Positions 52,566-64,000 of a stretch of 64,000 bases of DNA are shown piece after piece. The stretch spans positions 416,001 to 480,000 of the forward strand of contig CAVVMW010000010.1 of the NCBI GenBank assembly GCA_963749495.1, read 5' to 3'. Below the pieces are notes generated by a model. It ran no database searches, had not been told where the DNA came from, and saw nothing but the letters and a program-made list of their open reading frames with translations. The stretch comes from an uncultured bacterium. GTDB taxonomy: Bacteria > Verrucomicrobiota > Verrucomicrobiia > Limisphaerales > UBA8199. The first letter of the stretch is position 1, and each line of letters starts with the position of its first letter. Both the position numbers and the translations under genes were made by a program.

Positions 52566-53693
52566 CGATTAGCTTCTCGCCTCGCGTGTATTTCGCCAGC
52601 GCTTCCCGGTTGAGTGACACCCCCAAACCCGGCCGGCCCGGAATGGGCAGCATGCCTTCACTGTCCAAATGCCAGCCCTCGACGACGATGTCGTCAATAA
52701 AAGGCGAGCCGGTCAGATACTCAACCAGGTCGGTGTCGGGGAAAGCGGACGCAAGCTGCAGATCCGCCGCCAGGCCAATGGCGGTGTTCCAGCCATGCGG
52801 AATGAACCTCACGCCGTTCTCCTTGGCCATCCAGGCAATCCGCCGCTCCTCGCTGATGCCGCCTACCTTGGTCACGTCGGGTTGCACGATGTCCAAGGCA
52901 CCCTGCTGGAGCCAGGGCTGGAAGCTCTGCCGGCGCGTGAACACTTCGCCTCCTGCAATGGGCAACGGGGCGCGGCGGCGCAACCGCACGTAGTCCTCGA
53001 GCGCATCGGGTGGCAGCGCCTCCTCGAACCACGCGACGTCGTAATCCGCGAGCATTTCGGCCGTGCGCACCGCCCATTTGTAGCCTTGCGGCCAGAAGGC
53101 ATCGCTGCCGCCGGCATCCACCATCAGCAACGAGTCGGCGCCCACCGCCTCACGCGCGGCGCGCACGATAGCCTCATCCAGGCCCGATTTCGCCGGCCAA
53201 ACGGCCCCCAGCCGATCTTGAAGGCGCGAAACCCATGCGCCTTGACCTCGTGCAGATGCTCCGCCAGCGCCCCGGGCTCTGCCATCAGCAGCGAGGCGTA
53301 CGGGCGCACGCGCTCGCGATACCGTCCCCCCAGCAGCCGTCCGACCGGCTGCTTTGTCACCTGGCCCAGCAAGTCCCAAAGCGCGATGTCAATGCCGCTA
53401 ATCGCGTGCGTAACCGAGCCGCCCCGCCCCAGCCAGAAGGTGTTCTGGTGCAGCTTCTCGCTAACCCGCTCCGGCTCCAGCGCATTCTCCCCCTCGTAGA
53501 GCGGCGCCAGCACCGCCAGCGCCGCCCGCACCAGCTCGTCGTTCGTAAACGAGCTGCCCAGCCCGATCAACCCCTCGTCGGTGTGGACGGCCACCAGTGT
53601 TTGAACGCAATCCTCCGGTCGCAACTCGTTGCTCCAGCCGCCCTCGGGTGTGGCCCCGCGCAGCCCCGCGCTTATGATCTTCGTGATTTTCAT
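52561..53693 (-). CDS. Mandelate racemase/muconate lactonizing enzyme (enolase superfamily); apparent frameshift ~53190
   Basis: MKITKI, VHTDEGLIGLG, AISGIDIALWDLLGQ, FKIGW; LMVDAG, WFEEAL, AGGE, VQPDVTKVGG, PHGW, PGLGV. Confidence 0.92.
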
Positions 53694-53835
53694 CGAGTTC
53701 ATGCCTCCGCAAGCCAAGCAAGGATTGCCCATCGAATCAAATCCAAATCCGGCCCGAACCGCCAGTGGGGTGTGGGACAGAATTCTCCTTGGGCCTCCGG
53801 ATCGCAGACCTCAGAGCTGATCCGGGCGTTCGATC

Positions 53836-53923
53836 CTTCGTTTCCTTCGTTCCCTTCTGTTCTTTTCCTGCGTCCCGCCGGCTGGGCACAGGAACAGAAC
53901 AGAAGGAAACAAAGGAAACGAAG
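53836..53923. repeat. AACAGAAGGAAAC-family inverted repeat (arms in opposite order to 11395-11501)
   Basis: CTTCGTTTCCTTCGTTCCCTTCTGTTC ... GAACAGAAGGAAACAAAGGAAACGAAG. Confidence 0.85.
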
Positions 53924-54218
53924 AGGCGGCCTGATGCGGCGGCATCGATCGGGGCCGTGCCAGTGCGTATCTGGATTCCTAGACACTCTTTGTGACGAAA
54001 GCCCAGCAAAATCCATTTTGTGAAGATTTTTGTCCTACACCCCCACCCGTGGAGCCCATGTGGCCCGTACCACCACGGCATGAACGCCCAGACGCAACTC
54101 TGTCATGCCTGCCCCATCCCGAAGGGATCGGAACATTTACAATTTTCTTCACTGAATGGAATCGAAAGCCAGGGGCCGTGGTTGTGCTATCATGGCGAGT
54201 TAACACGCTGACATCTCT

Positions 54219-57173
54219 ATGAAAACCATGAAAACGACCTCTCCTCTGCAATGGATCAACTCGACCGGCCAGTCTGGCCCGACCGGGCTCCCCTCCCGTT
54301 CCCGGCGGCTCTCCAACCCAACCCGGCGTCCGCCCGGCCATCCATCGCTCTGGTGCGCGATGGCCGTGGCGCTGCTGCTTGCGGCGGGCACTTTGGCCGC
54401 CCCGGCGCAGCTTGTCAGTATCGCTTTCCAAGGCGAGGACGGCGCTCCGACTGCCACGGCAGATGACGGCGGGACGGCGTTTTTTGGCGGGCAGGTTGGG
54501 GATTGGAATATCCTGGACGTGGTTGCGGCGGCCCCGGCGGGCTCGCCTTCAACCGCAGGGACGCCGCTGCTCGATGGCAACGGGAATTCCACCACCGTTA
54601 CCTTCGTATTGAACACCAATCCCGTGGCGAGCTACGGGTTCTATGACACTGGGGACGTGGATAATCTCTGCCGTAATGTGGTTTACCTGGTGGCCACCGA
54701 CGCCCCAATCGGCTGGCAAATCAGCGGATTGACTCCGAATACCAACTATGACCTTGCCTTTTACGGCCAGTCGGAAATCGTCGCGGGAGCCGTGGCCTTT
54801 GATAACCCTGGCGTTTGGACCATTGGCAATCAATCCCTAACCAATTTGGCCGGGACCAACATGCTGGCGGGGGTGGTCTTTGGCAATCCGGATGGGACCC
54901 TGGGGCTCACGAGCGTCTTGTCCGACGGGAATGGAAACATCTCTGGAACGTTCTCCTTTTATGCCGGCGGGGGCGGTCTCTACACGGGCACTGCGCACTA
55001 CAGCGGCTGGTCCGGACTCCAGGTGATCCTGGCGCTGAAGGCCCTCCCTCCCTACGCCAACACACCTTCGATTTCGCCCACGAATGCAGTTTATGCCGGG
55101 CACGAGCGTGACGCTGACCGCCAAGACCGGCGGCACAGCTCCGCTCAATTACCAGTGGCAGTTGGACACCGGTTCCGGACCCAAGAACATCCCTGGGGCC
55201 ACGAACGCGGCTTACACATTCGTCACCACCACGTCGGCACAAGGCACTTACTATCTCGTCGTCACGAGCGCCCATGGCAGCGCCACGAGCCCGGGCGCCT
55301 CTCTTACGGTTGCCCCGGCCAGCGTGCCTGTTCTGATGGCGGATACGACCCCCCCTGGGGCGCAGTCCCCATTGGGAGGCCTGGTGACCTTCCAGGCGGC
55401 GTATCAGGGCACACTCCCTATCACCTACCAGTGGCAGTTCGACCAGGGGCAAGGGTTCACGGACCTGCCTGGGGCCACCAACAATGTCCTGACTTTGATG
55501 AACCTCCAGCCAACCAATGCCGGCAGTTACCGGCTAACCGCCGTCAACTCCGTCGGCCAAGGCCAGGCCAGCACTGCCGCCACACTGATGGTGTCCACCA
55601 ACGCCACTCTGGCCGTGTTCACCGGCCCCGACCCCGGACAAGGACTTGACCTCGATGGCAACTTTGTGCTGGCCCAGTACTACGGCGGCTCCGATGCCGG
55701 GCCGTTGGAGATTGGCGATGCGGTGTTTTTCTTCTCCCAGACTCCTGGCGGGGCCTCGTATCTGGGAGCGGGTGGTAACTTCGGCAGCACCCTGGCCGAG
55801 CAGAATCTGTCCAGGGTTTGCGGCGGCGTCCTGTATGCATCCACGGTGGATTGGATGTTAGACACTAACACCGTGGCGGGCCATAATTATAGACTGCAGC
55901 TCCTCTTTCACGAGGTTTACTTCAACGGCGGCGGCGCGCGAGTTTTCGGGGTGAACATCAATGGAACCGACCTGGTGACCAACCTGGATAGCGCGGCCAT
56001 GGGCGCCTATCTGACCGAGCCCAAAGGGGTGGTCGTTACCTATGACTTCCCCGGCGATGGCGGGGCCCCGATCATCATCATGACAGCGTCGGTGAACCTC
56101 GCCGCGGTCAACGGCCTGACGCTGGAGGACCTGAGCGAGCCCGCGGCACCGACCGTGGTAAGCCCGCCGCAATCCGAGACCGTTTACGCCGGCAAGCAAG
56201 TCCAGTTCACGGCCGCGGTCGGCGGGTCTTCTCCCAGGCATTACCAATGGCAGGCCGGCGCCAACGGTGTGTTCACCAATCTCGTGGACGGAGGCCGGAT
56301 CAGCGGCGCGACAAACGCCTCGCTCACGATCGCGGCGGCAACCCTGCTCGACGCCGCCCAATACCGGGTCATTGTATCCAACGCGGTCGGCGTGGCCACC
56401 AGCAGTCCCGCCGCAATCTTGGAGGTCTTGCCGATCCCTGCTCACCAGTTGATCAACGTCGGGGTCCAATCGAGCCTCTCCGGACCGGCAGTGCTCGGCC
56501 AGTTGCCGGACTACTGGAACGTCGTGGCCGGCAATAGCACGACAAGCACAAACCTCCTGGACGTGACGGGCGCCGCCACGGGGGTAGGCATAAGCATCCA
56601 GGTGTGACTGGGTCCGGCAACTTTGGTGCGGGCGGCCTGCCGCCGGGCACGCAAACCGCGGGTCTGTTGTCATTCTACGACTATTGTCAGCAACCCGCGG
56701 TCATGACTATAACCTTAACCGGCCTGGATCCGAATGCCACGTATAACCTGGTGGTCTTCTCGGCCGGAAACCAGCCGGGACAGAGCGCCGTCCTTTCCGG
56801 CGCCATCAACGGGACCAATACCTTGTCCACTCGCGACAGCTTCGCTCTGGGCGATAACTATGCCCAAAACCAGAGCGCCAAACCCGACGCCACCGGCGCC
56901 CTGGTTGTCCAAATCGCCAACGACCCGAATCAAACCCCCTACGGCACCTTCAATGGGGTGCAACTCCAGGACAACCTGGTCTCAGTCCCCTCGGTCCGCT
57001 TGACCGTGCAGCGCTCGGGCGCAAACCTCCTCCTGAGCTGGCCGCAAGGAACACTCCTCCAGGCCACCAATGTGGCCGGGCCTTACCTGCCGGTTTCGGG
57101 AAATCCGCCGTCGCCTTATACTGCCGTTCCCACCGGCGCCCAGAGATTCTACCGGGTGCAGGTGAGTCCGTAG
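54219..57173 (+). CDS. Large secreted protein with Ig domains, malectin-like domain and C-terminal F[YF]R domain; apparent frameshifts ~55095 and ~56605
   Basis: Signal-like segment; GTAPLNYQW / GTLPITYQW / YQWQAG Ig domains; YRLQLLFHEVYF...RVFGVNING; ends LLLSWPQGTLLQA...RFYRVQVSP. Confidence 0.85.
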
Positions 57174-57199
57174 GGCGACGGCCCAAAGCCCAACTATTC

Positions 57200-57641
57200 A
57201 GGTCGCGCATCGGAGCGCGGACGCCCCGTCCGCGCCTTCCCGGCCGATCCACCATCGGCGCGGACGGGCCGGCCAATGTCTTCATGCTGGTCCCGGAGCA
57301 ACGCATGATAATAGCCCAATCCCGCTCAGCGGGACTTGTCTTTACCCACATCGTCGGCCTCGCTCATTGACCAGACCTTATCGTATCCGTTGCCTTCAGG
57401 CCGAAGGCCTGGTTCATACCAGCCCAGGGCCTCGCCCTGGGTTTCCGTGCAATTTAATTCGGTGGCAGGCCAGCGGCCTGCTTCATACGGGTCTCCTTGG
57501 GGCCGGGGACCTCAAACGGACACCGCCAGGCCGCTACAACAATCCCGGAGCACAATGAGTCGCGCCTTCAGCGCTCAGGATGGTTTTGCGCCGATGAACC
57601 CAGGGCGTTGCCCTGGGCTGGTATGAATGACGCCGTTGGCG
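57200..57641. repeat. Cluster of REP-like palindromes between convergent genes
   Basis: GGAGCGCGGACGCCCCGTCCGCGC (~57212); AGGCCGAAGGCCT..TTCATACCAGCCCAGGGC ... GCCCTGGGCTGGTATGAA (57398-57628). Confidence 0.82.
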
Positions 57642-57715
57642 TCCCAAACTGGCCCGGACTGACCTTGGGGGCTGGAGCGGCAGTCTTCATCCCGGCCAGT
57701 CATTCGGACGCCCTC

Positions 57716-58741
57716 TTAGGGCAATTGCCGGATGTCCCTCGGACACAGGCCTCTGGCCGCCTGGCGCTGTTCGCGGAACTCGCGCGGGGAGCAGCCGAAC
57801 TGTTTGTGGAACGTGCTGGCGAAGTACTGGCTGGAGGAAAAGCCGCAGGCGAAAGCGATAGCGGTGATCGACTGACCCGGCTGGAGCAGCAGTTCCTTGG
57901 ATCTTTCGAGGCGGGCGAGGCTCAGGAAATGGGCCGGCGTTAAATTGGTGGCCTTCCGAAAATAGCTGACAAACTGTGTCACGCCCATGTGGCAACTTTC
58001 CGCCATCGCGTCCAGGGTCCACTCCCGGTCCAGAGCGTGCTTCAACTCGTCGAGGAAGATGCGGACGGTGCGTTCCGAGCTGGTCAAACTCTCCTTCAAG
58101 GGGATGTCCCGCTGCCGGAACATATCAACGAGGCCGATCAGCACCTCGTTCACCAGCACCGCCAGCCGCGAGTAGTGATTGCCGCGGGCGGAGTCCTCGA
58201 GCGATTTGACCAGGCGCTTGAAACAGTGGCGCAGTTCACCTGTGCTATGCCACACGTACTGCTCGTTCTGGCGCAGAAAGCAGGTCAGGTCGGCCAGGTC
58301 TTGGCGGCTGAGCAGCACCCACAGCGGCCAGCGCCATTGCTGGTGCGGGCGCCGGACTTCCACATCGATGATAAACCATGCCAACCGGCAGGGGCCAATG
58401 CGGGGATTGCCGATGCAGTGCTCCTGCCACGGGCGCGTGATCATCAACTCGTCGTGGAGGAGCACCTGCTGATGCCCCTCAACCGTGATATGGGTCTGGC
58501 CGCTGACCAGGAATGAAATCTCGATCCCCTCGTTGCGGTGCGGCGGCAAACCCCAATCCTGGTTCGGCCCGGCATTCCAGAAGCCAATGCTGCGCAATCC
58601 GTCCAACTCCTCCTCAGGCAGCCGTTGGCCAGGGTAACCTCCCCTCCCCAGAGCGCACAACTGCACCCGTCCGGCCCGAGCGGCGGCCACCAGCGGTTGG
58701 CAAGTGTCAGCCAAATACTGTTTGCCCGCGCCATAATACAC
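57716..58741 (-). CDS. AraC-family transcriptional regulator
   Basis: Cupin HRNEGIEI; HTH WTLDAMAESC, SITAIAFACGFSSSQYFASTFHKQFGCSPREFR. Confidence 0.93.
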   Translation of the reverse strand: MYYGAGKQYLADTCQPLVAAARAGRVQLCALGRGGYPGQRLPEEELDGLRSIGFWNAGPNQDWGLPPHRNEGIEISFLVSGQTHITVEGHQQVLLHDELMITRPWQEHCIGNPRIGPCRLAWFIIDVEVRRPHQQWRWPLWVLLSRQDLADLTCFLRQNEQYVWHSTGELRHCFKRLVKSLEDSARGNHYSRLAVLVNEVLIGLVDMFRQRDIPLKESLTSSERTVRIFLDELKHALDREWTLDAMAESCHMGVTQFVSYFRKATNLTPAHFLSLARLERSKELLLQPGQSITAIAFACGFSSSQYFASTFHKQFGCSPREFREQRQAARGLCPRDIRQLP

Positions 58742-58928
58742 CGCCGGAGAATCCGCACCGGGTCGTTCGGGCAGAGCCGCCGGGGTTTCGAGTGCTGTTC
58801 CACAATGCCTGGATCTTCAGCACTCTGCGAAGGCGCCCGCGGTGTGTCAACCTTGAAGTCATGTGCGATTTCCTTCATCGAAGGTAAACGCAAGACGGGG
58901 TCAAGGGAACGTGCTAGGGTGGAGTCGC

Positions 58929-59819
58929 ATGAAGAAGCTATCTCGAGCGAAAGACCGGGGCCGCCGGGGCTGGATCTTCAGCCCGGGGCAGCGGCACGTT
59001 CCCGCAGCCCGTCCCGCGTTGCCTGGCGTTCACGGCTTCACTCTCATCGAGTTGTTGGTGGTGATCGCGATCATCGCCATCCTGGCGGCTATGCTGCTGC
59101 CAGCCCTGAGCCGGGCGAAGACAAAGGCCCAGGGCATTCAGTGCATGAGCAACCTCAAGCAACTGAACCTGGCGTGGCTGGCGTACGCCTTTGAGAACAA
59201 TGACTGGCTGCCGTCCAATTATAGCGGCGGCTTCGGCAGCAACTCCTGGGTCACCGGATGGCTGGATTGGAGCGGCTCCTCCGAGAACACGAACCTGCTT
59301 TACCTGACCGACCCCACCCTTTGCCTGCTGGCTCCCTACACCGCCAAAAACACCGGGATTTTCAAGTGCCCTGCCGATATTCACATGGGCCCCTCGCAGA
59401 GAATCCTGGGCTGGCACGGCCGGGCGCGGAGCGTCTCCATGAACGGGGTGTGGGGAGGCAAAAATGCCGACAAGACCGGGGGCTGTTATGCGGTGCCCAA
59501 GCTCTCGACGTTGCGCATGTCCCCCGCGATGGCGTGGGTGTTCATCGACGAGCATCTCGACAGCCTCAATGACGGCGCTTGCTTCATGAACACCGATACG
59601 CCCGCCTACCTGGATTTCCCGGGCAGCATTCACAACGGCGCGTGCGGGCTTTCCTTTGCCGATGGCCATTCGGAAATCCACAAGTGGCATTCAGCCAATA
59701 CCCTCCACGGAATCAGGTACCTGGACTGGACGTGGCTGGAACCTTATTTTGCCCCGGGCCCCAAAGACCCCAACCTCCGCTGGCTCGTGGTGGACCGGAC
59801 CCCGGGTGTGAACCATTAG
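58929..59819 (+). CDS. Prepilin-type N-terminal methylation / H-X9-DG (DUF1559-like) protein
   Basis: [55 protein letters not shown]. Confidence 0.93.
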   Translation: MKKLSRAKDRGRRGWIFSPGQRHVPAARPALPGVHGFTLIELLVVIAIIAILAAMLLPALSRAKTKAQGIQCMSNLKQLNLAWLAYAFENNDWLPSNYSGGFGSNSWVTGWLDWSGSSENTNLLYLTDPTLCLLAPYTAKNTGIFKCPADIHMGPSQRILGWHGRARSVSMNGVWGGKNADKTGGCYAVPKLSTLRMSPAMAWVFIDEHLDSLNDGACFMNTDTPAYLDFPGSIHNGACGLSFADGHSEIHKWHSANTLHGIRYLDWTWLEPYFAPGPKDPNLRWLVVDRTPGVNH

Positions 59820-59831
59820 TTTCCAAACGCA

Positions 59832-60692
59832 ATGAAGATTGGATGTTTCGCCCTGATGGAACCGTTCACGCCCATGCGCCGGCAATTCGAAGTCATCCGC
59901 GAATTGGGTTTTCATTACGCCGACCTCACCGACAACCATGATGGGGCCACGCTCGGCACCGAGTATGGCTTTGCGGCCTCCTTCAGCCTGGATTCCCACC
60001 CCGGCACGATACTCGACATGGCCAAGGAGTTCGGGCTGACCATTGCCAGCGTTTGCGCGCACGCCAACCTGCTGGATCCGACCGCCCCGGAGCGTTACGG
60101 CACCCACCAGATCATCAAAGCGGTCAAACTCGCCCGGCTTCTCGGCATCCAACAGGTGATCACGACCGAAGGCGATCCCAAGACCGCCTTTGGCCGGAGC
60201 TTGAACGATTCCCAGCGTGTCTTCAGCGTTTGCGAAAAGCTTTGCGAGCCCATCCGCTGGGCGGAGGAGTTAGGGCTCGAACTCCTGCTCGAACCACACG
60301 GAATCCTCACGGACACCGTGGAAGGCATGGCGCGTCTGCTCGAGGCGCTGGGTCACCAAAAGACGGTCGGGATCAATCTCGACACTGGCAACCCGTGGCT
60401 CGGCGGCGGGGACCCGCTCCAGTTCGTCCGCGTGTTCGGTTCCCGCATCCGCCACGTGCATTGGAAAGACCTGCCCGCCTCCTGGGAAGCCCAGCGCGGA
60501 AAGATCTACGGTTGCGGGATGGGTCCGATACCCCTGGGCGATGGTGTTATCGGCATCAAGTCCATCGTCGAGGCGCTCTCCGCCATCGGGTTCGACGGCT
60601 TGACCACTCTCGAAGTGGCCGGCCGGGAGAACGTCCAAATCTCCGCGCAGCGGCTGCGCGCCTGGAACAAAGAGGCGCCGGCCAGACCCTAA
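59832..60692 (+). CDS. Sugar phosphate isomerase/epimerase (xylose-isomerase-like TIM barrel)
   Basis: LLEPHG, INLDTGN, HVHWKD, LGDGVI, TLE. Confidence 0.9.
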   Translation: MKIGCFALMEPFTPMRRQFEVIRELGFHYADLTDNHDGATLGTEYGFAASFSLDSHPGTILDMAKEFGLTIASVCAHANLLDPTAPERYGTHQIIKAVKLARLLGIQQVITTEGDPKTAFGRSLNDSQRVFSVCEKLCEPIRWAEELGLELLLEPHGILTDTVEGMARLLEALGHQKTVGINLDTGNPWLGGGDPLQFVRVFGSRIRHVHWKDLPASWEAQRGKIYGCGMGPIPLGDGVIGIKSIVEALSAIGFDGLTTLEVAGRENVQISAQRLRAWNKEAPARP

Positions 60693-60708
60693 TTCCGTGG
60701 CCTCCCCG

Positions 60709-62704
60709 ATGCACATTGCCAAACTCGCTCGGGCAGCGACTCTTTTGTTCCTGTTGGCTAGCCTTCCATTCGGCCAATCGCTGCGGGCTGCGGAAGCAAC
60801 ACCCGCCGGCGCATCCCGCGACCGGGGCCGAACGATTTTTGTTTCCAAGCTTGGGGACAATTCCGACGGTTCTTCCTGGGCGAAGGCGTTGACGACTATC
60901 CAGGCGGGGCTTAACGCGGTGCTGGATGAGCGCGGCAACCACCGTGTCATCGTGCGGCCGGACACTTACATGGAGGCGAACCTCTACCCGGCCCACCGGG
61001 GTGCTCCTGGCGCCTACAATGAACTCCTGGGTGACTGGGATGGCGCCCTCGGGTCGGGCACGCGCGGTTGGGTCGTGATTGACTCGGGCGATGCGCAAAG
61101 GGGATTCAAGAGCTACGATTGGTGGGGCCCGATTCGCGCCTACAAAAAGGGCTGGTCCGCGGAGCACAGGGGAGAGACCTTCTCGGCAGCCGTTTGGGAC
61201 CGCTGGGCGATCCGGCGATGCTATGCCACGGGCGGCGATGGCGGGCTGTTTTTCGATCTCGTGGACCACCCGGAACCGTTCAGCGTGCGGGTTGAGGACT
61301 GCGTCGGCATCGGCCGCGCCTTTGGCGGCGGGGCCGGCAATATCCTTTCACGCCCGGACGAACCGAGCGTCTTTCGCCGTTGCCAGCTTTGGTGCCTGGA
61401 CTGGTGGGGCGATGCCGCCGGCGCTTACGTGCGCGCCGAGCACCCCGAGTTGCCGGCGCAACCGGACGTGGTGTTCGAGGATTGCACTCTCGCAGGACCC
61501 GACAACGCCCTGCAGGCGGGCAACCCGGGCTATGCCGGCTGACACTCGAGTCGGCCTCAAGAACTGCCGCCTGATCAGCCTGAACTTTTCCCAACCGCAG
61601 GGCAAACCCGGCACTGGCGTCATCTTCAGCACGATCGAGGGCAAACTCCTGCACGTGGATCTCGAGAACTGCGTGCTCATGGGCTACAAGATCTTTGGCG
61701 CCGGCAAGGGCGAGGTCGGTTACACGCTCAAAGGCGACGTGCAAGCATACGTCCAATTTCAGCAGGAGGTGCCCAAAGGCATGCTCCGGCTCGGCCACTG
61801 GCCGGTCGAGGTGTTTCAGGGCCTCCTGGCGCCCAAGCCGCCGTTGCCACCGCTCCGGGCTCGCCTGAGCGTCGATCAACCGGACTTGGGGGACATCTGC
61901 GAAGCGGCTCCGGTGGCCTGGAAGGACCGTCTGACATTGATGAAGTGCCATCGGCCCGCCACCGGCGGCGCACCGCAGGACTATTTCCTCACGCTTGAGG
62001 ACGTGGAAACCGGCCGCCCACTGGCGCGCTTCGCCCAAGGCTATGGCCTGGCGTCCGCCCTGGCGCACCAGGGCACACTCTACGTCTTCGCCTCGCGCTT
62101 TTCGCCTGACGGCTGGAACGACGTGACACTCTTCAAGTCAAAGGATCTGCAGGAGTGGACCCGGAAGATCGCGGTTACCCAGCAAAACGAGCATTTGTTC
62201 AACAGTTCCGTTTGCCAGGGTGAGAACGGCTTCGTCATGGCCTGCGAATCTGACGACCCGAAGTTCACGCCCTTCACCATCAAGTTCGCCGTGTCCAGCG
62301 ACCTGGACACCTGGACCAGGCTGCCCGACGCCATCTTCGGCGCAGACCGCTACGCGGCCTGCCCGTGCATCCGGTATGTTAACGGCTTTTACTACCTGCT
62401 TTACCTCGAGCATCGGCAGCCGCGCTGGTTCTTCGAAACCTACGTTGCGCGCTCCAAAGACCTGAAGAACTGGGAATTGAGCGCAGCCAACCCCGTGCTC
62501 ACGCCCGGTTTCAACGACGGCATCAATGCCTCCGACCCGGATCTGGTCGAGTTTCAGGGCCGCACTTATCTCTACTATAGCGTCGGCGACCAGCGGACCT
62601 GGTCCAGGCTCCAGCGCGCAGTGTATCCCGGGCCAATGGCTGATTTCTTCGCCGGCTACTTCGCCGTGCCCGCGGTGCCAGAGCCCAGGCGGGGACCCAA
62701 GTGA
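60709..62704 (+). CDS. Secreted carbohydrate-active protein (beta-helix-like N-terminal domain plus five-bladed propeller GH-like C-terminal domain); apparent frameshift ~61540
   Basis: FVSKLGDNSDGSSWAKA..TIQAGL; C-terminal S.DL..W repeats, ACPCIRY, NPVL, NASDPDLVE..TYLYYSVGDQ. Confidence 0.75.
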
Positions 62705-62804
62705 ACCTAAAAGGAGCCGTTCAGCCGCGAAAAGGCGCAAAAGACGCAAAACATCAAGGACCTACGATGATGTATCCTGGATGCGCGGCAGGGCCGCCGC
62801 CAGC

Positions 62805-62941
62805 GTAGCGCAGACCTCCGAGTCTGCTGTCTCGCAGGTTTCCAAACCTGCGGGCCGACCGAGGTGCGGACGCGCGTGCCTTCACGGACGCGCAGCCGAC
62901 TTGGAAGTCGGCGATACAGCAGACTCGGAGGTCTGCGCTAC
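62805..62941. repeat. REP doublet, GTAGCGCAGAC family
   Basis: GTAGCGCAGACCTCCGAGTCTGCTGTCTCG ... CGATACAGCAGACTCGGAGGTCTGCGCTAC; GTAG foot plus palindrome. Confidence 0.92.
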
Positions 62942-62973
62942 GTCACCGTATTTGCGTCGGGTAGTACTAAGGG

Positions 62974-64000
62974 TCAAAGCGTGAAGGCTGGCAGCCTGAC
63001 GAGGGCGCCGCCCTTGAGCGCGGACTGGTGCGCGCAAAGGCCGACGCAGGTCCAGTTGGCGGATTGGACGGCGTTGGGGAAGGGATCGCGATCTTCCGCC
63101 AGGGCCATGGCAAACTCGTTTGCCAGGTGCGGATGGCTGCCGCCATGGCCACTGCCTTGAGTGAAGCTCAGATGCGTTTTCTTGCTGGCATCATAGACAC
63201 CCTGGGTAGTGTATTTCCGGATGCTCGTGGGCAGGCGCCTGGCGAAATCGGGGCACTTCACTGCCTTGGGAATCCTGGGCTCCGGCAGCTTGGCAGTGTG
63301 AATGATGAGCGGTTGGTGCTCGACCAGCGGCCACTCGACGGCTTTCTTCGTGCCATAGACATCAATGCTCTCGCGATACTGGCGCGCCGTGTCGAAGAGG
63401 CTGCGGATGATGCGGGCGCTCACATCGCTGCCCCGGAATTTGATGTGCGCGCTCTCGACCGCAAAGGGCGAGCCGTAGCACTTCACCAGTTCCTTGCGGA
63501 TGGTGCCGGAGCCGAAGCAACTCACGTACTCGGCCGATTGGCCGATGAGGCCGGCAACGGGGCCGACGCAGTGAGTGGCATACCACATCGGGGGCAGGCC
63601 GGGCCAATAGTCGGGCCAGCCGTCCATGTCCTGTTGATGGCTCGCTTGCACGAACTGGAGCTTGCCCAGTTCGCCTTTGTCGAGCAGTTCCTTCATGAAC
63701 AAATATTCCCGGGAATAGACCACCGTCTCCATCATCATGTATTTGAGGCCGGTCTGCTTGACGAGGTCCACGATCTTCTCGCAGTCGCCAATGTTGGTGG
63801 CCATCGGGACAGTGCAGGCCACATGCTTGCCGGCCTTGAGTGCGGCAATGGACATCCAGGCGTGGTCCGGGATGGGCGTGTTGATGTGGACGATCCGGAT
63901 CGCCGGATCCTCGAGCAGTTGCCTGAAATCGGTGCAGCGCTTGCCGACCCCAAAGTAGTCCCCCACGGCGTTGAGCTTTTCCGGGTTGCGTTGGCAGATG
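62974..64000 (-). CDS. Gfo/Idh/MocA family oxidoreductase (5' end outside window)
   Basis: VHINTPIPDH..AGKHVACTVPMA, MMMETVVY, PPMWYATH, GHGGSHPHL. Confidence 0.92.
   Translation of the reverse strand, partial: ICQRNPEKLNAVGDYFGVGKRCTDFRQLLEDPAIRIVHINTPIPDHAWMSIAALKAGKHVACTVPMATNIGDCEKIVDLVKQTGLKYMMMETVVYSREYLFMKELLDKGELGKLQFVQASHQQDMDGWPDYWPGLPPMWYATHCVGPVAGLIGQSAEYVSCFGSGTIRKELVKCYGSPFAVESAHIKFRGSDVSARIIRSLFDTARQYRESIDVYGTKKAVEWPLVEHQPLIIHTAKLPEPRIPKAVKCPDFARRLPTSIRKYTTQGVYDASKKTHLSFTQGSGHGGSHPHLANEFAMALAEDRDPFPNAVQSANWTCVGLCAHQSALKGGALVRLPAFTL

Overview
GC-rich bacterial DNA, probably from a Verrucomicrobia subdivision-3-like organism. This is inferred from DUF1559 prepilin-like genes, HEAT and Ig-rich secreted proteins, and a shared C-terminal 'F[YF]R' domain. 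About 15 apparent single-base frameshifts suggest long-read assembly error. Left part (1-11.5 kb): a large Ig-domain protein, tRNA-Ser(GCT), a dead tyrosine integrase and a decayed island. 11.6-23.6 kb: serpin, ceramidase-like hydrolase, DegT aminotransferase, heparinase II/III, MttB-family methyltransferase, GH50-like hydrolase and a VapBC-type TA pair. Core (25.3-40.2 kb, minus strand): a tightly coupled 10-gene operon, mvhD-like, metF-like, gltB2', gltB2, gltB1/3, hdrC, hdrB, hdrA (with a GltD-like insert), mvhD, metV. It interleaves a MetFV-HdrABC-MvhD set with a split glutamate-synthase-like module, a MetF lacking its folate-binding Asp and a degenerate FMN-domain paralogue. This is the best candidate for an undescribed system. 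Right part: creatininase/MFS/enolase genes split by a 7.2-kb insert bounded by 66-bp direct repeats (DUF5372-like mini-element, metzincin-like protease, RAYT), then polysaccharide/sugar genes. Throughout there are many REP-like palindromes. Several sit inside MITE shells with target duplications, three are translated in-frame inside operon proteins, and there are four gene-end duplications that bracket inserted DNA. No CRISPR array or rRNA was seen. Family calls come from motif recognition only; no searches were run.
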